In this document: in pieces, positions 1-7,834 of the stretch
Layout of the letters: every line of letters begins with the position of its first letter
Numbering within the stretch: the stretch's first letter is position 1
DNA from: Candidatus Marinacidobacterium sp.
GTDB lineage: Bacteria > Acidobacteriota > Vicinamibacteria > Marinacidobacterales > Marinacidobacteraceae
Direction of reading: 5' to 3'
DNA length: 64,000 nt
NCBI GenBank assembly: GCA_965220965.1
Contig: OZ244852.1
Coordinates: 2,144,001-2,208,000, forward strand
Notes under the pieces: generated by a model
Seen by the model: only the letters and a program-made list of their open reading frames with translations
What the model was told of the DNA's origin: nothing
Database searches by the model: none
Translations under genes and position numbers: made by a program

Positions 1-1
1 C

Positions 2-268
2 CCGGACGAGACGATCCTCGGCGGCTACTGGCCCGCCTACCTGTTCAGCGGGCGGGACGCCGATCTCCCCGGCGGCACCGACCTCTCGATGCCGATCGTC
101 GGCGGCGCCGGCGGCCACGGCGGCGGCGCCCACGCGGCGAACGAGTTCTGGGTCATCGAGGGCTCGGGCGAGGTCTACGGGATGGCGGGCGCCGAAAAGA
201 GCATCGCCACGTTCCTCTACGCCTACGCCGGACTCCTTCCGGACGCGCCCGCGGAAGACGCCGAGTAG
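2..268 (+). CDS. C-terminal end of a probable M20-family peptidase/deacylase (partial, enters from the left edge)
   Basis: Open frame from base 2 to TAG at 266-268; translation includes GGHGGGAHAANEFWVIE, similar to the HxxNE C-terminal motif of M20 peptidases. Confidence 0.55.
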   Translation, partial: PDETILGGYWPAYLFSGRDADLPGGTDLSMPIVGGAGGHGGGAHAANEFWVIEGSGEVYGMAGAEKSIATFLYAYAGLLPDAPAEDAE

Positions 269-311
269 TTCGACCCTTCCGACCGAGTCCGAGTCTCCCG
301 GAGCGCCCGCC

Positions 312-1025
312 CTGTCCGCCATCGAGGTCCGGGACCTGGTCAAGACCTATGTCCTGAGCGAGAGCCACCGGGTGGAGGCCCTGCGGGGACTCAGCCTGCA
401 CGTCGCGGAGGGCGACTTCGTCTCGGTCCTCGGCCCCTCCGGCTCGGGCAAGAGCACCCTGATGCACATCCTGGGGTGTCTCGACCAGCCGACCTCGGGA
501 AGCTACCGGCTCATGGGGCGGGACGTCTCCCGGCTCTCCGACGACGAGCGGGCGCGCATCCGGAACGAGGAAATCGGGTTCGTCTTCCAGAGCTTCCACC
601 TCCTGGCGCGGGCCAGCGCGCTCGAGAACGTGGAACTCCCGATGCTCTACGGCGCGAAGCGCCCGAGCCGCGACGAGCGGCGGAAGCAGGCGGAGGAGGC
701 GCTCGCGGCGGTGCGGCTCTCGGACCGGGCGACCCACGCGCCCAGCCAGCTCTCCGGCGGCCAGCAGCAACGGGTGGCGATCGCCCGGGCGCTCGCGAAC
801 CGGCCGCGCGTCCTGCTCGCCGATGAGCCGACCGGCAACCTGGACACCACCACCGGGCGCGAGATCCTCGACACGTTCGCCCGGCTGAACCGCGAACGCG
901 GCCTGACGGTCGTCATGATCACCCACGACCGGCAGGTGGCGCAGTACGCGTCGCGAAGCGTCGAGATCCGCGATGGACGGATCGTGGGAGACACGGCGGA
1001 GGACAACGGAGCCGCAACCGCATGA
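312..1025 (+). CDS. ABC transporter ATP-binding protein (LolD/MacB type)
   Basis: Walker A GPSGSGKS, LSGGQQQRVAIARAL signature, LLADEPTGNLD. The N-terminal IEVRDLVKTY strand lies upstream of the tracked GTG at 372; likely start is CTG at 312 after GGAG. Confidence 0.92.
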   Translation: MSAIEVRDLVKTYVLSESHRVEALRGLSLHVAEGDFVSVLGPSGSGKSTLMHILGCLDQPTSGSYRLMGRDVSRLSDDERARIRNEEIGFVFQSFHLLARASALENVELPMLYGAKRPSRDERRKQAEEALAAVRLSDRATHAPSQLSGGQQQRVAIARALANRPRVLLADEPTGNLDTTTGREILDTFARLNRERGLTVVMITHDRQVAQYASRSVEIRDGRIVGDTAEDNGAATA

Positions 1026-2599
1026 GGAACACAAGGATCGTCCGCGACATCCAGGGCCGCCTGCGCGTGCCGAAGCTGGAGGAGCTGCCTCCGGAGCCGC
1101 GGACCGCGGTCGAAGTGGCGCGGCAGAGCCTGCGCCGCTACCCGATGCGGACGCTGCTCACGCTCCTCGGGCTGGCGTTCGGAGTGGCGGCGCTGATGGC
1201 CACCATCTCGCTGGGGCGCGGGGCGCAGGGCGCCATCCGGGAGCAGGTGCGCGCCGCCGGCCTGAACGTCATCGAGATCACCGCCGGCAACTACCGGGCG
1301 CGCGGCGAGCGGCCGATCGGCGGAACGGAAGCCCCGGCGCGGCACGGCGCGGTCGTCCCGGGTCAGAGCCCCGGGGGCCCGGAGGAGGATCGGTGGCTCG
1401 CCCGCGCGTGGCGTCGCCTCGAACCGGTCGCGTTCGCCCATCCCGAGAACGACCCGATGGAGAAACACGACCACCCGACCGCCGCCGAGCGGCTCGGGGA
1501 CAGCGCGGCCGGTCTCGGGGGGGCGGCGACCCTGACCCGGGAGGACGCCGCCGCGATCGCCGATCTCTCCGGCGTGGCGCACGTGGCGTCGGGCGTCCAC
1601 GAGAGCGTCCGCGTCTTCTCTCCGGAGGGGCGCTGGTTCACCCGGCTCCACGGGACGGATGTGGATCTCGTCGAGATCCGCCGCTCGTTCGCCGTCCAGC
1701 ACGGCCGGTTCTTCGACGCCGGGGAGCTCCGCCGCGGGGAACAGGTCGCGGTGCTGGGCAGCATCGCCCGCGACCGGCTGTTCGGACCGGACGCCGACCC
1801 GGTGGGCCAGGAAGTCACGATCTGGAACCAGGCGTTCCGGGTCATCGGCGTCGTGGTGAGCACGAACTGGATGAACCCGGGGGCCCCGGGCGACGACGAG
1901 TTCGACGCGGTCTACACGCCGTTCACCACGATCCACCGGCTGCTCAACGTCACGAACCTGAACACGATCACGGTCACCGCCGCATCGTCCGGCCGGGTCA
2001 CCGAGGTGGCGCGGGACATCACCGATCTCCTGCGCGAACGCCACGGCATCCTCGAGACCCAGGCCGACGACTTCACCGTCGAGACCCAGGCCTCGCAGGT
2101 GCTCTCCAAGGGGCTCCACCCCAAGGTGGCGCAGACGCTCGCGGGGAACATCCCGAACCTGGAGCGGACGACGCTCCGCCAGTTGGCCTCGACGCTCGAG
2201 CGGTCCAGCAGCACGATGTCGGCGCTGCTGCTCGCCATCGCGCTCGTGTCGCTCCTGGTCGGGGCGATCGGGATCTCGAACGTGATGCTGCTCTCGGTCC
2301 GGGAGCGGATCCGCGAGATCGGCCTCCGCATGGCGGTGGGCGCGAAGACGGTCGACGTCGGGAGCCAGTTCCTCGCCGAGTCCGTCCTCGTAGGCGCCGC
2401 CGGCGGCCTCCTCGGCGTCGTGCTCGGCGTGATCGCCGCCCTCAGCGTGGAGAGCTGGTTCGGGCTCCGGGTCGAGCTGTCGATTCTCACCGGGCTCCTC
2501 GCCTTCGCGGTCGCGCTTGCGACCGGCGTCGTGGCCGGGGTCAGCCCGGCGCGCCGGGCGGCCCGGCTGGACCCGATCGTCGCGCTCGGTTCGGAGTAG
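1022..2599 (+). CDS. ABC transporter permease (MacB/FtsX family)
   Basis: RTLLTLLGLAFGVAA first TM, large periplasmic domain, GAIGISNVMLLSVRERIREIGLRMAVGA, PARRAARLDPI; ATGA overlap with the ATPase gene. Confidence 0.92.
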   Translation: MRNTRIVRDIQGRLRVPKLEELPPEPRTAVEVARQSLRRYPMRTLLTLLGLAFGVAALMATISLGRGAQGAIREQVRAAGLNVIEITAGNYRARGERPIGGTEAPARHGAVVPGQSPGGPEEDRWLARAWRRLEPVAFAHPENDPMEKHDHPTAAERLGDSAAGLGGAATLTREDAAAIADLSGVAHVASGVHESVRVFSPEGRWFTRLHGTDVDLVEIRRSFAVQHGRFFDAGELRRGEQVAVLGSIARDRLFGPDADPVGQEVTIWNQAFRVIGVVVSTNWMNPGAPGDDEFDAVYTPFTTIHRLLNVTNLNTITVTAASSGRVTEVARDITDLLRERHGILETQADDFTVETQASQVLSKGLHPKVAQTLAGNIPNLERTTLRQLASTLERSSSTMSALLLAIALVSLLVGAIGISNVMLLSVRERIREIGLRMAVGAKTVDVGSQFLAESVLVGAAGGLLGVVLGVIAALSVESWFGLRVELSILTGLLAFAVALATGVVAGVSPARRAARLDPIVALGSE

Positions 2600-2647
2600 C
2601 GCGGGCTACACGCCTCCGCCCGCCAAGTCCTCCCCCCCCCCCGGGGA

Positions 2648-3493
2648 TCATTCGTCGGGTTCGGGATCGGCGTTGACGATCAGCCTCCAGGTCGGGTCCC
2701 GGCTGGCTCCCACGGTTGGCGCGGCGCGGCGCAGGGGCGTGTAGCTCTTCCCATGTTGCCGCACGAAGGGCGCCAGCGCGTCGGCGAACCGCGACCCGCC
2801 TAAGCGAGCCAGCAGGTATCCGAGCCGCTGGGACCAGGCAACCGGGCAGGCGCGGGCGGCCCGCGTCAACCGGTCGGCGTCGATCTCCTCCGCCAGATCG
2901 CGCAGGACGGTTGTGACGTTTCCGATGCCGCCGCCGTGCCGGGGATAACCGACGAGCTCCAGCGCCGTGATTTCGGGCGTCGCATAGCGGGCAACGCCGC
3001 GAGGGGTATTGACCTCTGTTGCGAACCCGTGATCGAGGTCATGCCGGGCGACGAACTCGACGCGCACCTGCCCGCACCGGATCGGCGCGCGGTTCCGGCG
3101 AACCATCACCTGAGCAACCTGGGGACGCTGGTGCGCCGCGCCGCACTTCTCCGCGGCGCTGAGGAGGGCGAAGTAGTAAGGCTCCCCGGCGCGATCCATC
3201 AACTGCGGGATGAACTGCTCCGCCGGCAGGCAACCCCGGGCCCGATGCTCGAACGGGACGATCACATGGAAGCCGCGGACCGGCTCGGCGAGCTCGCCAC
3301 GAACCTTCAGACGCCGCAACTGCCCGCGAACCGCGCTCCTGGCGCTTCCGATGGCGCGGACCGCCTGGCTGGTCGTGAAGTGGTAGCGACCGCTGGTCGC
3401 GAGACTGACGACGTAGTCCCGGGCGACCCCATGGACCCCGGCCTCCGACGGCGGGAGGGAGATGTCCGTTGTTCCGGGGTGCGCCATCTTCAA
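2648..3493 (-). CDS. Type IV toxin-antitoxin AbiEi-family antitoxin (orphan)
   Basis: N-terminal wHTH-like YHFTTSQA, GFHVIVPFEH, YYFALLSAA..GAAHQRPQ, ATPEITALELV, QRLGYLL, WRLIVN; all typical of AbiEi antitoxins. Confidence 0.8.
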   Translation of the reverse strand: MKMAHPGTTDISLPPSEAGVHGVARDYVVSLATSGRYHFTTSQAVRAIGSARSAVRGQLRRLKVRGELAEPVRGFHVIVPFEHRARGCLPAEQFIPQLMDRAGEPYYFALLSAAEKCGAAHQRPQVAQVMVRRNRAPIRCGQVRVEFVARHDLDHGFATEVNTPRGVARYATPEITALELVGYPRHGGGIGNVTTVLRDLAEEIDADRLTRAARACPVAWSQRLGYLLARLGGSRFADALAPFVRQHGKSYTPLRRAAPTVGASRDPTWRLIVNADPEPDE

Positions 3494-3544
3494 TACGATT
3501 CTCTGTCACTCTAACTTTGGACGTTCTATTAGACAAGAATCGTA
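3494..3544 (-). promoter_or_regulatory. Sigma70-type promoter of the abiEi gene, overlapped by an inverted-repeat operator
   Basis: Minus strand TTGTCT (3536-3531), 17-nt spacer, TAGAGT (3513-3508). Inverted repeat TACGATTCTCTGTC (3494-3507) / GACAAGAATCGTA (3532-3544). AT-rich island. Confidence 0.65.
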
Positions 3545-3608
3545 CCGCTCCGGTTCAAGGCGACGCCGAGGACCCGGGGAGGAACGTCTGACGCCGTTGG
3601 CCGCCGTT

Positions 3609-3792
3609 AACAGCCCGTTGACAACGTCCCGCGGCGTTCGAGCGGCGATCCATCCCGCCCGAACCACGCCCCTTCGGGGCGCTCATCGTTGCGTTTCGCT
3701 CGGAATATTCCCGATATTCCTCCCTCACGCGCCTTGTCGGCCGGGCGCCTCACCGCTCTCGGCGCTGCACGCGACGTTATCAACGGACTGTT
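3609..3792. repeat. Non-coding element with terminal inverted repeats (MITE/REP-like or structured RNA), copy 1
   Basis: Ends AACAGCCCGTTGA / TCAACGGACTGTT; internal hairpins at 3667-3681 and 3702-3720; closely similar inverted copy at 20972-21173. Confidence 0.85.
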
Positions 3793-3810
3793 GAGCGGTG
3801 ACTTTCGTCG

Positions 3811-4023
3811 TCAGACCCGGTAGGCCGCCACCAGTTGCGGGCCGGTCCAGACGCGCCAACTGATCCAGAGCAGCCCCGGATTCGCGAAGCCCAGGACGAG
3901 CACGATCAGGAGCGTCCAGGCGGCGCGCCGCGACAGGCGTCGGAGCTCCGGCAGGAGCGTCGAGTTGAGGACCGGCTTCGCCGCGGGTGGGGGTCCGTCC
4001 GCCCCGCTCGCCGGAGCGTCCAT
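3811..4023 (-). CDS. Small hypothetical membrane protein
   Basis: 70 aa with one hydrophobic stretch (AAWTLLIVLVLGFANPGLLWISW); TGATG overlap with the stop of the GWxTD gene suggests translational coupling. Confidence 0.5.
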   Translation of the reverse strand: MDAPASGADGPPPAAKPVLNSTLLPELRRLSRRAAWTLLIVLVLGFANPGLLWISWRVWTGPQLVAAYRV

Positions 4024-6230
4024 CAGCGGGGCTGCTGGCCGGACGCCCGCTCCGCCTGATCCACCGCTTCCAGCGCCTCCTGGACCTCGGGCTGATCGGG
4101 GTCGAGGGTCAGCGAACGCTGGAAGATCTCCCGGGCGCCGTCGAAGTCCGAGACCTGGTAGCGGGCGAGGCCGAGCAGGTTCAGACTCCGGGCGTCGGGG
4201 TTCACCAGAACGATGGCCCGACTCAGCAGCGTCTCCGCCTCGTCGTAACGGCCGAGGTGGAAGTAGGCCTCGCCCAGCGTCCGGATCAGGTCATAGCGGT
4301 CCTGGACCTCGGCGTAGACCGGCTCGAGGAGTTCGACAACGCGTTCCGCGTTCCCGCTCTCCATCTCGAGGCGGGCGAGCAGTTCGCGGGCGCGACCCAG
4401 GCGGGGCGCCTGGGCGACCGCCGCCTCCAGCGCGGGCCGGGCCTCTTCGGTCTTGTCGAGGTTCATCCACTGCTCGCCGAGCGCGAGGTTGGCGAACCCG
4501 GACCGGTCGGGATCGAACGGGAGCATGACCCCGCGGAACCCGGCCTCCTGGAGGCTCGCCCGGGGGGAGATGGTGAACTGGGCGTTCCGGGTGGAGAGGA
4601 CGCCCCCGGCGCGGTCCAGAAGCTCGGCCGAGAGTCCGTAGCGCCCGGCGCCGAGATCAGTCAGCGGGAAGTCCAGCGCCACAAGGCCGGAGTACTGGTC
4701 GGGCGAAGCCGGGAGCTGGGCCTCGTGCGCCAGTTCGCCGTCGCTCAGCGGCTCGCGGCTCACGATCCGGAAGCGCACCGAAGCTCCCTCGGGAGCGGAC
4801 ATCGGAGCGACGGCGGCGACGAAGTCGTCCCCGATCGTGTAGATCGCCTGCGGGTTGGGAACGACGCCGTCCGAAGCGAGGCGGAAGGGCCGATACCCCG
4901 GGCGGAGCGACTCGAAGCGGTGACCCAGCACGAGATCGCTGAGCCGGGAGCGCCCGTCGTTCGGGGGCGCGCTGACTGGGCTCTCGATGAGGGTGTAGCT
5001 CTTCGCGCAGTCCTCCTCGGAGCGCGAGCCGCAGGCGCGGTTGCGCAGCACGATCCGCGCGGTGTGCTCGCCCGGGATCAGCGGCAGCAGGCCGGACCAC
5101 GAGAAGGGCGCGTGGAGCGCCCCGCGCTGGTCGTCGTTCAGCGAGACGAAGTTCTCCTTGCGGAACTGGGTGACGACCTGGTCGGGGTCGTCGGCGAGAA
5201 CCAACTCGACGCTCGCGATGAACGAGGTGTCGAAGGTGCCGCGATCCTCGTTCCGGATGAAGGCGGTGTGCTGCGCCTCGACCTCGATGACCCAGTGGAG
5301 CCAGGAGGCCCCGTCCGGTCCGGGCAGCACCGCCACCGCCCCGTTGCCCGGCACCCAGGTGAACAGGTAGTCGGCCTCGATCGCGCCGCGCTCGAAGTCG
5401 AGGCGATCGGCGTAGCTGTCGTCGAGCCCGTGGAACGGGATGTCATGGATGTCCTGAAGGAGCGACAGGGTGCCGAAGGGCACCGCCTGGAACCGCGTGA
5501 TGTCCTGTTCGTCGGTGCGGAAGGACATCGCCGCGTTCGCGATCTCGGGGTCGAACTCGTAGAGGATCTCGTAGGCGCGCTCGACCTCGTCGCGGAAGTC
5601 CTGGCGCTCGGGCTGGTACCCGGTGAGGAGCGCCGGCGGCCCGTCGGCGATCGGGTCGAAGAGCTGGAGTTCCCCCACCCCGTGGCGGCGCCAGAAGAGC
5701 AGGTAGAAGAACGGCGGGACGCCGAACCGCTTGAGCTCGGAGTTGTTGTAGAACCAGAGCTCGGTCGGATAGATCTCGTCGCGAGCCTCGTAGTTCTGGA
5801 TCGAGCGCGGCTGGCCCAGGAGGATGTAGTAGCGCCCGCGGTCGGTCTCCCAGCCCTCGCGGAAGGTGTCCCGCCCGAACCACAGATTGGCGTAGTCGAT
5901 CCGGGCGTAGTGCTCGGTCCGGAACTCGTTCTCCGGCGTGGACGGGTTCGGGTCGCGCTTCCGCCAGAAGGCCTCCACGAAGTTGTCCCGCTCCTGCTCC
6001 GAGGTGAGCGACAGGAAGGCGCGCTTCTCGCGGTCGGTGATGATGTAGGGAACTTCCTCGGTGAACCAGATCCGGCGGGGCTCGGGGAGGGCGGCGATCA
6101 GCTCCTTCTCGCTGGGCTCGTCCTGCGCCGCGCCGGCGGCTCCGGGCAGCAGGAAGGCCGCCAGGAGGAGCAGCCCGGGCCAGCGCAGGAGGTTGTCGCG
6201 GAATCTCTTCATCGGGTCCACCGGGTTCAT
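4023..6230 (-). CDS. GWxTD-domain protein with C-terminal TPR repeats
   Basis: Signal peptide, FVEAFWRKRDPNPSTPENEFRTEHYARIDYAN, GWETDRGRYYILLGQP, TPR-like C-terminus. Start trimmed to ATG at 6230 (6212 also possible). Confidence 0.88.
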   Translation of the reverse strand: MNPVDPMKRFRDNLLRWPGLLLLAAFLLPGAAGAAQDEPSEKELIAALPEPRRIWFTEEVPYIITDREKRAFLSLTSEQERDNFVEAFWRKRDPNPSTPENEFRTEHYARIDYANLWFGRDTFREGWETDRGRYYILLGQPRSIQNYEARDEIYPTELWFYNNSELKRFGVPPFFYLLFWRRHGVGELQLFDPIADGPPALLTGYQPERQDFRDEVERAYEILYEFDPEIANAAMSFRTDEQDITRFQAVPFGTLSLLQDIHDIPFHGLDDSYADRLDFERGAIEADYLFTWVPGNGAVAVLPGPDGASWLHWVIEVEAQHTAFIRNEDRGTFDTSFIASVELVLADDPDQVVTQFRKENFVSLNDDQRGALHAPFSWSGLLPLIPGEHTARIVLRNRACGSRSEEDCAKSYTLIESPVSAPPNDGRSRLSDLVLGHRFESLRPGYRPFRLASDGVVPNPQAIYTIGDDFVAAVAPMSAPEGASVRFRIVSREPLSDGELAHEAQLPASPDQYSGLVALDFPLTDLGAGRYGLSAELLDRAGGVLSTRNAQFTISPRASLQEAGFRGVMLPFDPDRSGFANLALGEQWMNLDKTEEARPALEAAVAQAPRLGRARELLARLEMESGNAERVVELLEPVYAEVQDRYDLIRTLGEAYFHLGRYDEAETLLSRAIVLVNPDARSLNLLGLARYQVSDFDGAREIFQRSLTLDPDQPEVQEALEAVDQAERASGQQPR

Positions 6231-6304
6231 GGTAGTGGCGGCTTCGTCGCGGCGCAAAACGGACAGGCGCTGGCGCCCGAGGAAACGAATGCGATACTCG
6301 GAGG

Positions 6305-7834
6305 ATGCCTCCGGTCGCGTCGGCCGCGCGCCGCTTCGCCGTCGCCGTCCTGAGTCTTCTCGTCGCCGCCGGAGCGGCGGGTGGGCAGGCGGGCGCGGAA
6401 CTCGAAGCCGCGCGCCGGCTCGTCGACGCCGGGCGGATCGCGGAGGCGATCCCCCACATCGAACGGGCGATGGCGGAGGACCCGGAGAATCCCGCCCCGC
6501 TGTGGATGCTGGCGGTCGCGCACCTGCGGCTCGGCGACGCGGACCGGGCGGCTCTGCTGGCTGGGGATTTCTCGCGGAGGATGCCGGACAGCGCGAGCGG
6601 CCCGCTGCTCGAGGCGGGGGCGTTCCGGGCCCTCGGCCGGTTCTCCGAAGCGGAGACCGCGCTTCGCGAGGCGCTGGCGCGGGACCCGGGCCATCCGGAG
6701 GCGCGGCGTGATCTCGCGGTTCTGCTGGCGCAGCGGGGGGAGACCGAAGAGGCGGTGGCCCGCCTCGAAGCGCTCGCCGCCGAGTTCCCCGGGCGGGCCG
6801 AGGCGCTGGCGCCCCTCGGCGTCCTCTACGTGCAGATGGACCGGGGCGCCGAGGGGCTCGCCGCGCTGACCGCGGCGGCGCAGGCGGACCCGGGCTCCTT
6901 CGAGGCGCAGCATCACCTCGGCGCGCTCTGGTCGGAACTGGGTCAGTACGAGGCGGCCGGACGACGGCTCGACGCCGCGCTGGCGCTGCGCCCCGGCGAT
7001 CCGGGGGCGCTGCTCGAGCTTTGCCTCCTTCGCTCGCGCGAAGAGCGGCTCGAGGAGGCGCGGCGGGCGTGCGAGGAGGCGGCGGCCGCCGCCCCGGACC
7101 ATCCCGAGGCCCAGTTCGCGAAGGGGGATGTCCTCCATTACCTCGCGGAAGAAGAGGGAGCAGAGGGGGCCTACCGGGACGCGATCGCGCTCGATCCGGA
7201 CCATGACCGGGCCCGTTTCCGGCTGGGACAGCTCCTCCATGAGGCGGGACGGAGCGCCGAGGCGGTTGAAGTGCTCGTGCCGGCGGTGGATCGCGCCGCA
7301 ACCGACGCCGACCCGGCGCAGCGGGCGGGAGCGCTCGCCACGCTGGGCCGGGCGCTCGCCGAAAGCGGCGATCCGGCGGGCGGCATCGCCCGGCTGGAGG
7401 CCGCCACCGAGGCCTCCCCGACGACTCCCGAGCCGCACCTCCATCTGGGCAACCTGCTCGCCCGGAGCGGCGACCCGGACGCCGCCGCGCGCGGCCGGAG
7501 CCATCTGGCGAAGTTCGCCGAACTGAAGCGGTTCTCTGACCGCGCGAACGAGCTCCGCGCGGCGGTGAACGCGTCGCCGGGCGCCAGAGAGCCCAAGCGG
7601 GCGCTGATCGCCCACCTGATCGAGGGGGGAGCGCTCGAAGAAGCCCTCGCCGAATCCGGCCGGCTGCTCACCCTCGCCAGCGCCGAGCCGCTCCACCACG
7701 AGCTGCACGCCGAAGCGCTGGCGGCGCTCGGCCAGCGGGACGAAGCGCGCCGGGTGCTCGATCAGGCGCTGGCCGCGTGGCCGGACAACACCGATCTCCA
7801 GGAGTCGGCCCGGCGGCTCGCCTCCCGCCCGTGA
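6305..7834 (+). CDS. Secreted tetratricopeptide-repeat protein
   Basis: Signal peptide plus many TPR units (ALARDPGHPEA, AIALDPDHDRARFRLG); GGAGG immediately upstream. Confidence 0.85.
   Translation: MPPVASAARRFAVAVLSLLVAAGAAGGQAGAELEAARRLVDAGRIAEAIPHIERAMAEDPENPAPLWMLAVAHLRLGDADRAALLAGDFSRRMPDSASGPLLEAGAFRALGRFSEAETALREALARDPGHPEARRDLAVLLAQRGETEEAVARLEALAAEFPGRAEALAPLGVLYVQMDRGAEGLAALTAAAQADPGSFEAQHHLGALWSELGQYEAAGRRLDAALALRPGDPGALLELCLLRSREERLEEARRACEEAAAAAPDHPEAQFAKGDVLHYLAEEEGAEGAYRDAIALDPDHDRARFRLGQLLHEAGRSAEAVEVLVPAVDRAATDADPAQRAGALATLGRALAESGDPAGGIARLEAATEASPTTPEPHLHLGNLLARSGDPDAAARGRSHLAKFAELKRFSDRANELRAAVNASPGAREPKRALIAHLIEGGALEEALAESGRLLTLASAEPLHHELHAEALAALGQRDEARRVLDQALAAWPDNTDLQESARRLASRP

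Noticed and set aside
2632-2642. C11 homopolymer as a phase-variation switch
   Set aside because: It lies between convergent genes with no intact ORF or promoter to switch; recorded only as the junction of the missing toxin.
3462-3794. Similar peptides (SRGVRAA.HP.RTTPLRGAHRCVSL) in ORFs 3462-3794 and 19989-21164
   Set aside because: They are translations of the non-coding repeat element, not a protein family.
6231-7301. N-terminal extension making the GWxTD ORF 1092 aa; similar extensions on polA (to 19802), the GMC gene (to 36249) and the Ldh_2 gene (to 57191)
   Set aside because: The extensions overlap other real genes and are Arg/Pro/Gly-rich noise; family similarity starts later.
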